A stretch of DNA of 64,000 bases. It comes from Nitriliruptoraceae bacterium. GTDB lineage: Bacteria > Actinomycetota > Nitriliruptoria > Nitriliruptorales > Nitriliruptoraceae. The translations under genes and the position numbers were made by a program. The stretch spans positions 8,701 to 72,700 of the forward strand of contig SLHP01000006.1 in the NCBI GenBank assembly GCA_007136095.1, given 5' to 3'. Of this stretch, positions 43,936 to 52,285 are shown in pieces (within the stretch, counting starts at the first letter, position 1; each line of letters begins with the position of its first letter). The notes under the pieces are model-generated. The model did no database searches, had not been told where the DNA came from, and worked only from the letters and a program-made list of their open reading frames with translations.

Positions 43936-45543
43936 TCACCCCGGCGGCCCGGAACCAGCGGCCTCCGACGTCTCATCGGGTCGACGACCCCCGATCCACG
44001 CCAGCGCCGCGAGCCCCAGCACGGCGATGCGCGCTGTCCACCCGAGGATGTCGCCGGTGGCGAGGTACGGGGTCTGACCGGCGGCCAACGGCAGATCACG
44101 CCGGATCGAGTCGACCGCGAAGAGCGGGGTCACGTCGTGGGCGTTGCCCGCGGGGTCCACGAACGCCGACCCGCCCGCGATGGACGCATGGACCACCCAG
44201 CGGCCCGTCTCGACGGCCCGCAGTTGTACCTGGGCCAGGTGCTGCGCCGGCTCCGCGCTGTCACGGAACGAGGCGTCGTTGGTCAGCGACAGCACGAGCT
44301 GTGCCGGATCATCCCCGGTCAGGATGTTGGTCCGCCAGATGTCGGTGAACAACGTCTCGAAACAGATGATGACTGCGAGGCGGACCTGCTGTGCGGTGGA
44401 CAGCTGTTGGGGTCCCGATCCCGAGATCGCATCACGTGGGACCTGCTCGAGTGGGGGGAACCAGTCGAGCAGCTCGCGGGCGGGGATGTACTCGCCGAAG
44501 GGCACCAGTCGCCGCTTGACGTAGCGGTCGACCTCCTGCGCGTCACCGTCGAACTGCAGCGCCGCGATGAAGCGGTTCGCGGCGGGGTCCGGACCGTCCA
44601 TGGTGGCCCCGGCGACCATCTCGCCCGCGACACCGGCCGCCTCGTCGACGAGGCTTCGCAGGTTCGCGCCGCGTTCGGTTGTGAGATCCCGGTCGATGCT
44701 CGATTCGGGCCAGACGGTCAGATCGGGTGGAGGACCGTCCCCGATCGCTGCGAGGGTCTCATCCCGTAGGTTGGTCGTGATGGTCGTCGGAGGATCGGGA
44801 ACCGGATCCTCCCAGTGGCGGATGTCGTTGCCCTGGACCACCAGGACATCGAGCGTGCCCTCCGTGGGCGGGGCTTCGATCGTGATGAGGATGGACACCA
44901 GGAGGCCGCCGACCATCAGCCCGAGGGGCAGGGTGGTTCCGGTCAACGCATCCTCGATGGACCGGTCCCCCCGTCCGCGGATCTGTCGGACGGTCTGACG
45001 GGCTGCCACGGCGGCCGCGACGCCGACCAGTGCGACGATCAGGGTGATGCCCCGGCCGCCGACCACACGAGCCATCGGCAGCATCCACGAAGCATCGACG
45101 TGGGCGTAGGCGATCGCGCCCCACTCGAAGCCGTTGAGCGGGAAGATGGCACGCCAGGCATCGATGGCCGTCCAGCCGATGGCAGCGATGACCGGCAGCA
45201 GGCGGTGGTCGAGGAACCGGCTGAGCAGCAGCGCCAGGAGTCCCATCCAGACGGCCTGGACCCCCACCAGAAGTCCCCAGCCGACGTAGCCGGCCGGTGC
45301 GATCAACCAGGAGAGCATCGGCCCGAAGGCGACCAGCCCCGCGACCGCGCCGAGTCCGAACGGCCGCCATCGGCCCGGACCCTCGTCGGCGGTCGCCGCG
45401 AGCCACAACGCTGCGATCAGCAGCGGCGGATGGGCGAACGTCAGCCACCACCATCCCACCGGCGGATGGGCGGCCAGCAGGACGAGCCCCGAGGCGGCTG
45501 CGACCGCCGGAGCACCGGCGGACAGGCCACGACGAGCGATCAC
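43936..45543 (-). CDS. lnt: Apolipoprotein N-acyltransferase
   Basis: A multi-TM N-terminus is followed by a CN-hydrolase domain (VVQGN, VWPES, ICFETLF). The GTG start overlaps the DUF4193 stop (GTGA). Confidence 0.8.
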   Translation of the reverse strand: MIARRGLSAGAPAVAAASGLVLLAAHPPVGWWWLTFAHPPLLIAALWLAATADEGPGRWRPFGLGAVAGLVAFGPMLSWLIAPAGYVGWGLLVGVQAVWMGLLALLLSRFLDHRLLPVIAAIGWTAIDAWRAIFPLNGFEWGAIAYAHVDASWMLPMARVVGGRGITLIVALVGVAAAVAARQTVRQIRGRGDRSIEDALTGTTLPLGLMVGGLLVSILITIEAPPTEGTLDVLVVQGNDIRHWEDPVPDPPTTITTNLRDETLAAIGDGPPPDLTVWPESSIDRDLTTERGANLRSLVDEAAGVAGEMVAGATMDGPDPAANRFIAALQFDGDAQEVDRYVKRRLVPFGEYIPARELLDWFPPLEQVPRDAISGSGPQQLSTAQQVRLAVIICFETLFTDIWRTNILTGDDPAQLVLSLTNDASFRDSAEPAQHLAQVQLRAVETGRWVVHASIAGGSAFVDPAGNAHDVTPLFAVDSIRRDLPLAAGQTPYLATGDILGWTARIAVLGLAALAWIGGRRPDETSEAAGSGPPG

Positions 45544-46013
45544 GCGCAGTCGCGACAGATCATGTTCTTGGGGTCCGCCAACTGGGTGTCCCGCATGGCG
45601 AGGTGGCAGGACCGACACACGAACTCGCCGTCGCGCAGGCCCTCGATCTCTTCGTCGTCATCCTCGTCGTCATCACCGGCGACGACAGCGACCAACCCGT
45701 CATCGTCATCGTCGAAGGCGGCATCGGGTGTCACCAGGGCGGTCGCGACGGTCTCCTCGTCGGCGTCGTCGTCCTCGGCATCGGGCAGTTCCTCGTCCGC
45801 CGCCAGATCGCCATCGACGAGGTCGTCCTCGGTGTCGGTCTCCTCATCGTCGTCGAGGTCGGCCGATGGACCGTCATCGGCCTCGAGGACGTCATCGGGT
45901 TCGTCGTCGAAGGGATCAGCGGCCGTCGACGCGTCCACGTCCGCCTCCTCGAGGTCAGCTGACGCTGCGCGCTGGGACGTCGTCCGGGCTGCCACGGCCG
46001 TGCTCCTGTCCAT
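45540..46013 (-). CDS. DUF4193 domain-containing protein (acidic, C-terminal zinc-ribbon)
   Basis: An extremely Asp/Glu-rich body is followed by EFVCRSCHLAMRDTQLADPKNMICRDCA, the conserved actinobacterial DUF4193 tail. Confidence 0.75.
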   Translation of the reverse strand: MDRSTAVAARTTSQRAASADLEEADVDASTAADPFDDEPDDVLEADDGPSADLDDDEETDTEDDLVDGDLAADEELPDAEDDDADEETVATALVTPDAAFDDDDDGLVAVVAGDDDEDDDEEIEGLRDGEFVCRSCHLAMRDTQLADPKNMICRDCA

Positions 46014-46093
46014 ACGCGCTCGACGGGTCTCGCCCAGCGGGCGCGATTGGTACCAGAGGTGGTCGCAGAGATGCAAGCGCCGGACAGAGGTCC

Positions 46094-46122
46094 GGGGGCC
46101 CCGGAGATCATCCGGGGCCCCC
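46094..46122. other. Perfect 12-bp GC-rich hairpin (5-nt loop) in the 379-bp gap upstream of the DUF4193 gene
   Basis: GGGGGCCCCGGA gatca TCCGGGGCCCCC has no U-tract on either strand. Confidence 0.6.
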
Positions 46123-46392
46123 TTGAAGACCGGGTGTGTCGCGCACCGTTGGGGCCGCGCAGGTCCGGTACGGCAGGATCCTGCACGTTGTCTACTAGGT
46201 ACTGACCCACCTCGACGAGAGCGTTGATGCGCGGTACTGCAACCACCACATGGCGGCAGGCCGTCCACCAGCGCGTTCACCCCGTCTCGCAGAAGGGGAA
46301 GCAACCACCCGACGAGGGGTGGCGTCAAGCCTCCCGGTGCTCCCCGACAGCTGCGTTGCGCAGACCGCGCGGGCCGCGTGTGCTGGCGTGCA

Positions 46393-47997
46393 TCAACCCG
46401 CCAGGACGACCCGTCCAGGAGCATCCGGGAGCGGGAGGTCACCATGGGCGATCCGGCCCTGGGACAATGTCGCGACGCACCGCGTTCCGCGGGGATCATC
46501 CGCGCGGTAGGGGTCATCCTCGAAGACGGCCAGGTCCGCGCGCATCCCTGCCCGGACGACCCCGACGTAGCGGTCCTGCCGGGCCGCATGGCGCCCTCCC
46601 AGGGTCGACATGCTGACCGCCTCCAGGCGGCTGACCTCGTGGTCCGGGTCAGCCCGGTGCTGGGCGGCCATCACGGTCTCCCACGGGTCCATCGGTGTGA
46701 CGTTGGCGTCCGAGCCGAACGCGAGTCCCACACCGCGATCGGCCAGTGCCCGGAAGGGGTTGGTCCAGCCCGCCCGTTCAGCCCCGAGTCGGGCGACGTA
46801 CATGCCGTGGTCGCCACCCCAGAGCGTCTCGAAGGCAGGCTGTGCTGAGATGACCAGCCCCAACTCGGCGATGGCGTCGAGCAGTTCCGGGGGCAGGACC
46901 TCGGCATGCTCGACGCGATGACGCCCGCGACGGACCGCGTCGTGGATGCCGTCCTCGCGGAGACGCTCGGAGACGCTGCGCCAGCACCGCACGACCTGCC
47001 GGATCGCGGCGTCCCCGATCGCGTGGACCGCTGTCTGTAGTCCGGCTCGTGTCGCCTCGAGGTACCAGGCCGTGAGGGTGTCGTCATCCAGTTCGAGGTG
47101 GCCACTGGTCGTTGGGAGATCCGCGTAGGGCTCGCTCAACGCCGCGGTGTGCGAGCCCAGTGAACCGTCCAGGAACAGATCACCGCCGACGTGGCGGAGA
47201 TCACGTGCCAGCGCGGTCTGCACATCCAGGCCGGCCCAGTAGGCGACCACCTCGATCGGCCACTCACCTTCCAGCCACCGGTCCAGATCCCCGAGACCCA
47301 TGACGTCCGGACTCCCCATCTCGTGCACCGAGGCGACGCCCAGCCGGGCGGCATGGCCCACGGCCTCGCGGCGGGCCACCTCGAGTTCCGCCTCCTCCAT
47401 CGCTCCGACGCTCCAGCGACGCACGATGTGGTTGGCTTCCCGGCGCAGCATGCCGGTGGGCTCGCCCGCCGCATCCCGTTCGATCCCTTCGCTCCGGGCC
47501 AGCGGGGCCGCGGAGATCGTGCGACGGTCCACCAGACTGGCGTGACCGTCGACCCGCGACAGGTAGACGGCCCGTCCACCGGCGACCCGCGCCAGGTCGT
47601 CAGGGGTCGGCAACGGGTCGCTGAACCCATGGGGGTCGAAACCATGCCCCCACACCACACGGCCCGTGTGTGCCCCGGCGTAGGTGGCGACGGCCTGCAG
47701 GAGTTCCGCGCCGCTCGAGACCCGGGAGAGGTCCAGGCCCGTGAGGGCCAGCCCCATCGGGGTGAGGTGGACGTGGGCGTCGACGAACGCCGGTCCGATC
47801 ACACACCCACGGAGATCGACGCGATCCTGGTGGGGAGGTGCCTGCTCCGGGTCGTCGCCGACCCAGACCACCCGGCTCCCACGCACGATCAGCGCACGCG
47901 CGTGTTTCCGCCCGTGACCCAACGTGAGGACACGGTCCGAAACGAGCAACGTGCCTCGCACGGGTCTGCGATCGTGATCCGACGCCGATGGCGTCAT
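46393..47997 (-). CDS. Amidohydrolase family protein (metal-dependent hydrolase, Amidohydro_3-like)
   Basis: The N-terminal metal motif GPAFVDAHVHL and later motifs AVHAIGD, HAE and AFGSD are present. The start is set at MTPSASD. Confidence 0.78.
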   Translation of the reverse strand: MTPSASDHDRRPVRGTLLVSDRVLTLGHGRKHARALIVRGSRVVWVGDDPEQAPPHQDRVDLRGCVIGPAFVDAHVHLTPMGLALTGLDLSRVSSGAELLQAVATYAGAHTGRVVWGHGFDPHGFSDPLPTPDDLARVAGGRAVYLSRVDGHASLVDRRTISAAPLARSEGIERDAAGEPTGMLRREANHIVRRWSVGAMEEAELEVARREAVGHAARLGVASVHEMGSPDVMGLGDLDRWLEGEWPIEVVAYWAGLDVQTALARDLRHVGGDLFLDGSLGSHTAALSEPYADLPTTSGHLELDDDTLTAWYLEATRAGLQTAVHAIGDAAIRQVVRCWRSVSERLREDGIHDAVRRGRHRVEHAEVLPPELLDAIAELGLVISAQPAFETLWGGDHGMYVARLGAERAGWTNPFRALADRGVGLAFGSDANVTPMDPWETVMAAQHRADPDHEVSRLEAVSMSTLGGRHAARQDRYVGVVRAGMRADLAVFEDDPYRADDPRGTRCVATLSQGRIAHGDLPLPDAPGRVVLAG

Positions 47998-48140
47998 GGT
48001 GCTCTCCACGCCTGCTCCGGTCGGGGGCGCACCGATCGTACGCACGTTACGGACGGGTGGCAGCCTACGAGGTCGGTCGCAGGGTTGCTCGGAGGTTGTG
48101 TCGACCCGATCGGTCGAACTGCACTCGCCACGGATCACGG

Positions 48141-48476
48141 TCAGTCGTTGAGGCCGGCGAGGGCCGCGACCATCACCAGCAGCGCGGCCCCGCCGGCGAA
48201 CAGGCCCAGGCTGATCAGCACACGGGCCAGAGCCACCGGTGCGCGTCGGGCCTCGTCGACGATGGCGAACACGATGGTCCACAGCGCTGCGCCGACCGCG
48301 CCCACCGCGGTCCCGGCCATCACCATCGCGAAGCCGACGCGTCCGTCGAAGCCGAGGAACCCGAGCGCGCCGGCGCTGAGCATGCCGAAGATGGCGCCGA
48401 CCACCACCAGTCGCCGCGTCGCCCGCAGGCGGTCACGGTCGTGCTGGCTCAGCCAGCGGCTCGACCCGTCGGTCAC
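48141..48476 (-). CDS. Small hypothetical membrane protein (3 TM)
   Basis: Three hydrophobic helices are present. Its start overlaps the acyl-CoA dehydrogenase stop by 4 nt. Confidence 0.5.
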   Translation of the reverse strand: MTDGSSRWLSQHDRDRLRATRRLVVVGAIFGMLSAGALGFLGFDGRVGFAMVMAGTAVGAVGAALWTIVFAIVDEARRAPVALARVLISLGLFAGGAALLVMVAALAGLND

Positions 48477-49609
48477 GACGCGGTCAGCGAGCGCGAGATC
48501 ACCAACCGTTGGATCTGGTTGGTCCCCTCCACGATCTGCAGGATCTTGGCCTCCCGGAGGTAGCGCTCGACCGGCACGTCCGTCGTGAGGCCCACCCCGC
48601 CGAACACCTGGACCGCGTCCGTGGTCGTCTGCATCGCCGCATCGGTCGCAACGACCTTGGCCATGGCAGCGACACGACCGATGTCGAGTCCCTGGTCGCG
48701 CTGCTCCGCGGCCGAGCGGTACAGCGCCCGGGCGGCCTCGGTCCGGGCCGCCATATCGGCCAGCAGGAAACCCACCCCCTGGAAGTCCGCGATCGGACGA
48801 CCGAACTGCTCACGTTGCCTGGCGTAGCGCACAGCTTCGTCGAGCGCGGCCTGGGCCAATCCGACGGCACATGCAGCGATGCCCAGCCGGCCGCCCTCCA
48901 ACGACGCCATCGCCGTCCCGAACCCGCGACCTTCCTCACCCCCGAGCAGTCGATCGGCATCGACCGGTGCATCATCGAACACGATCTGGGCGGTTGGCGA
49001 CGCCCACATCGCGATCTTGCTCTCCGGCGGGGCGACGGTCATGCCCGGTTGATCGGCATCGATCACGAACGCGCTGATACCGCGCGCCCCGTCGTCCGAG
49101 GTCCTGGCCATGACCAGGTAACGGTCCGCGACCCCACCGTGGGTCACCCATGCCTTGGTGCCGGTGAGCCGGTACCCATCGCCGTCGCGCACGGCACGGG
49201 TCGTCAGTGCCGCGGCATCGGAGCCCGATCCCGTCTCGGACAGCGAGTAGGCCCCGAGCATGCTGCCGGCGACGAGATCGGGAACGAACCGCTCACGCTG
49301 CGCCGGGGTTGCGTAGGTGTCGATGCCCCAGGTCGCCAACGTGTGGACCGACAGCCCCATGCCGAGCGCGGCGAAGGCCCGGGTCACCTCCTCGACGACC
49401 ATGAGGTAGGTGCGCTGGGAGACGCCGGAGCCTCCGACCTCGCCGGCGAACGGTAGGCCGGTCAGATCGAGGCCGGCGAGCAGGTCGAACAGTTCCCGGG
49501 GGAAGGTGTGCTCCCGTTCGTACCGGTCGGCGGCGGGCGCGATCCGTTCCGCGGCAACCTCCCGGACCATCTCGATGAGGGCCAACTCTGGCTCGGACAA
49601 CCGATGCAC
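48473..49609 (-). CDS. Acyl-CoA dehydrogenase
   Basis: ACAD motifs are present: AYSLSETGSGSDAA, TKAWVTHG, and the C-terminal QIVEGTNQIQR with the catalytic Glu context. Confidence 0.9.
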   Translation of the reverse strand: MHRLSEPELALIEMVREVAAERIAPAADRYEREHTFPRELFDLLAGLDLTGLPFAGEVGGSGVSQRTYLMVVEEVTRAFAALGMGLSVHTLATWGIDTYATPAQRERFVPDLVAGSMLGAYSLSETGSGSDAAALTTRAVRDGDGYRLTGTKAWVTHGGVADRYLVMARTSDDGARGISAFVIDADQPGMTVAPPESKIAMWASPTAQIVFDDAPVDADRLLGGEEGRGFGTAMASLEGGRLGIAACAVGLAQAALDEAVRYARQREQFGRPIADFQGVGFLLADMAARTEAARALYRSAAEQRDQGLDIGRVAAMAKVVATDAAMQTTTDAVQVFGGVGLTTDVPVERYLREAKILQIVEGTNQIQRLVISRSLTAS

Positions 49610-49637
49610 GTGGCTCTTCCGATCTCGGTGCGGGGTC

Positions 49638-50063
49638 TCAGCGACCCTTGGCCGAACTGGGGGTCAACGACATCAGGACGCGTCGTGGTTCGTAGCCGAG
49701 CGATTCGAGGAATCGCTGGCCGTCCTGGTTGGGGGCCGCCACGGAGATCTCGACGACCGGCACCCGGGTGTCCTCCGCCCACTCCTGGATGGCGGCGAGC
49801 AGGCTGTGACCCACACCACGACGACGCGCAGCGCGGCGGGTGAACACCGGCCCGATGGTGCAACCGGTCGCACGCAGGGTGCCAGCCGCGTAGCCCAAGG
49901 GGGTCCCATCGGCATCGGTCGCCAGCCAGAAGATGCCGCCCTGTGGGAGGGCCGGATCCGGTACGGCATCGCTGGTCGACTCCTGTTCGCGCTTGTACTC
50001 GCCTGCGAGTGGACGGATCTCCTCGATGCGCGCCCGTCGAACCTGCACCTCAGCGTCTGCCAT
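49638..50063 (-). CDS. GNAT-family N-acetyltransferase
   Basis: The acetyl-CoA binding motif RRRGVGHSLL sits in a ~140-aa protein. The start is set at MADAEV. Confidence 0.75.
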   Translation of the reverse strand: MADAEVQVRRARIEEIRPLAGEYKREQESTSDAVPDPALPQGGIFWLATDADGTPLGYAAGTLRATGCTIGPVFTRRAARRRGVGHSLLAAIQEWAEDTRVPVVEISVAAPNQDGQRFLESLGYEPRRVLMSLTPSSAKGR

Positions 50064-50120
50064 CTCCCACTCCCGATCCCGCGACCCCACCGAGCCGTCG
50101 CTGTGTCCCACGTCGACACG

Positions 50121-51212
50121 TCATCCTGCCACGATGACGTCCCGAGGACGATGATTGACCCGCTCGACCCCATCCTCGGTCACGAGCACGATGTCCTCGA
50201 TGCGGGCGCCGTACCGGTCCGGGACGTAGATGCCGGGCTCGACCGAGAACGCCATGCCGGCTTCGAGCAACAACCGGTTGCCGGCCACGATCCATGGTTC
50301 CTCGTGTTCCTCGACGCCGATGCCGTGCCCGGTGCGGTGGATGAACAGCTCCCCGTACCCCGCGGCAACGATCGGCTCACGTGCCGCCGCATCGATGGCT
50401 TCGGCGGTCACGCCGGGACGGACCGCGGCGACCGCGCGCTCCTGGGCGTCCTCCAGGATCGCGTGGAGTTCGGCGTAGCCGGCCGGCGCGTCCCCCACGA
50501 CGTAGTTGCGGGTGCAGTCGGAGCAGTAGCCCGCCCGTGTGCCCCCGATGTCGACCACCACGGCGTCACCGGCGGCAAGGACCCGTTCACCGGTCTCGTG
50601 ATGCGGAGACGCACCGTTCGGACCGGACCCCACGATCACGAAGTTGACCTCGTCGTGGTCGACGAGGATGAGGTCCGCGATGTCGCGGCCGACCTCACGC
50701 TCGGTCCGTCCGACACGCAGCAGGCCGGGAACCTGTTCATGGACGCGATCGATGGCCGCCCCGACCTCCCGGAGTGCCTGTTGCTCCTCGGTCGACTTGA
50801 TCATCCGGAGCTCACGCATCACCTCGGAGCCCGGGATCCACGTGGAGGCGGGGATGGCCGCCTGCAGCGCCAGGGTGAAGCTGGTCCAGAGCCGGTCCTG
50901 CACGGCGACGCGGCCGGCACCACCCCCGCCGACGATGCTGCTGACCAGCGCCATCGGATCGTCGGTCTCCTCCCAGGGACGGATCGTCGCGTACCGGTCG
51001 GCGCCGCTCTCCCTGGCCCGGGGTCCCTCCAACGCCGGTACGACGAGTTGTGGATCGCCGTCCGCCGGCACGACCAGGAGGGTCAGGCGTTCCAGTGGCA
51101 GGGCGTGGTAGCCGACCAACCAGCGCAGGTCGGCACTGGGACCGACCAGCAGCGCATCCACGTCGTCACGTTGCAGGACCGCCTGCGTCCTTGCCAGCCG
51201 TTCTTGGCTCAC
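50121..51212 (-). CDS. M24-family Xaa-Pro dipeptidase/aminopeptidase (PepE/PepQ-like)
   Basis: Pita-bread metal ligands are present: VVDIGG...GYCSDCTR, HRTGHGIG, EPGIY, and E in ARIEDIV. Confidence 0.85.
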   Translation of the reverse strand: MSQERLARTQAVLQRDDVDALLVGPSADLRWLVGYHALPLERLTLLVVPADGDPQLVVPALEGPRARESGADRYATIRPWEETDDPMALVSSIVGGGGAGRVAVQDRLWTSFTLALQAAIPASTWIPGSEVMRELRMIKSTEEQQALREVGAAIDRVHEQVPGLLRVGRTEREVGRDIADLILVDHDEVNFVIVGSGPNGASPHHETGERVLAAGDAVVVDIGGTRAGYCSDCTRNYVVGDAPAGYAELHAILEDAQERAVAAVRPGVTAEAIDAAAREPIVAAGYGELFIHRTGHGIGVEEHEEPWIVAGNRLLLEAGMAFSVEPGIYVPDRYGARIEDIVLVTEDGVERVNHRPRDVIVAG

Positions 51213-51254
51213 CCGGGCTCCTTCACACGACGGTGTCAGCGTAGGTGCTCCTGG

Positions 51255-52184
51255 TCACAGCTTGAGACGGAGGATCCCGGGCAGGACCTCGAAGCGTGCG
51301 GGTGTCGTACCGAGCACCTCGCCATCAGCCTCCACGGTCAGCGGTCGGGGCGCGTCGACCGTCACCGTCGCGGACCGCCACTCACGGGTGTCGGCCCGCT
51401 CCAGGTGGCGACCCGTGCGCAGCAGTCGGCCGGCCCGGACCACATCGGACACCTTGCCGCCCCATGACTGCACGTTGAAGGAACCGTCGGAGGGGATGGC
51501 CCGGGGCGCCACCCGCATCCCTCCGCCGAAGAACTGACCGTTGGCCACCACGACGTTGCAGACCGGTTCGGTGATCTGCCCGCCGTCGACGGTCACCGAT
51601 GTCACCACCCGACGGAACCGACCCCAACCGACCACGATCCCGAGCGCGTAGCGGGCACTCCCCAGGCGTCGCGGCAGGTGTTCACAGGTCTGCACCACGG
51701 TGCCACCGAAGCCGGCCTCGGCGACGTTCGCGAACACGCGACGGACGGGATCGCCGTCGGTGCCGATGAGCGAGATGTGCCCGAGGTCGATCCTCATCGT
51801 GGCGTCCGTGGCCAGGTGCGTCGCCAACACCTCGGGGCGACGGTCGAGGCCGAACGTGCGCACCAGGTCGCTGCCGCTGCCGGCACTGACGATGCCCAGG
51901 ACGGGGTCCTGGCCGCGGATCGTCCGGGTGTCCGCGTCGACGAGCCCGTTGACGACCTCGTGGACCGTGCCGTCCCCACCGACCGCGACGACGAACGTGC
52001 GGCCCTCATCGACCACCGCCGTCCGTGCCAGGTCGGTCGCCTGACCGCGCCCTCGCGTCTCGATGAGGTCGTAGTCGACGCCCCCATGCTCGAGCGCCGC
52101 GGTGAGTCGCTGGAGCACCGGATCCCGCCCCGCCCCGGCGGCCGGATTCGCGATCAGCAGCGGCGTGCCCAGGGGATGCGGCAC
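51255..52184 (-). CDS. Diacylglycerol/lipid kinase family protein (YegS/DagK-like)
   Basis: LLIANPAAGAG is followed by the catalytic loop VVAVGGDGTVHEVVNGL. Confidence 0.85.
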   Translation of the reverse strand: MPHPLGTPLLIANPAAGAGRDPVLQRLTAALEHGGVDYDLIETRGRGQATDLARTAVVDEGRTFVVAVGGDGTVHEVVNGLVDADTRTIRGQDPVLGIVSAGSGSDLVRTFGLDRRPEVLATHLATDATMRIDLGHISLIGTDGDPVRRVFANVAEAGFGGTVVQTCEHLPRRLGSARYALGIVVGWGRFRRVVTSVTVDGGQITEPVCNVVVANGQFFGGGMRVAPRAIPSDGSFNVQSWGGKVSDVVRAGRLLRTGRHLERADTREWRSATVTVDAPRPLTVEADGEVLGTTPARFEVLPGILRLKL

Positions 52185-52285
52185 GTCGATCTCCTGGGTC
52201 GGGATGGAGCGCGAGCCTAGTCACCGGGTCGTGCACAACCGGGACAGTTCCGGCACCGGTCCGGGACCCGAGCCCTCCCGCGGGC

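Noticed and set aside
45731-46249. 172-aa minus-strand ORF spanning the gap upstream of DUF4193.
   Set aside because: Its third-position GC is only about 60-65%, its composition is poor, it runs through the perfect hairpin, and it overlaps the DUF4193 gene out of frame.
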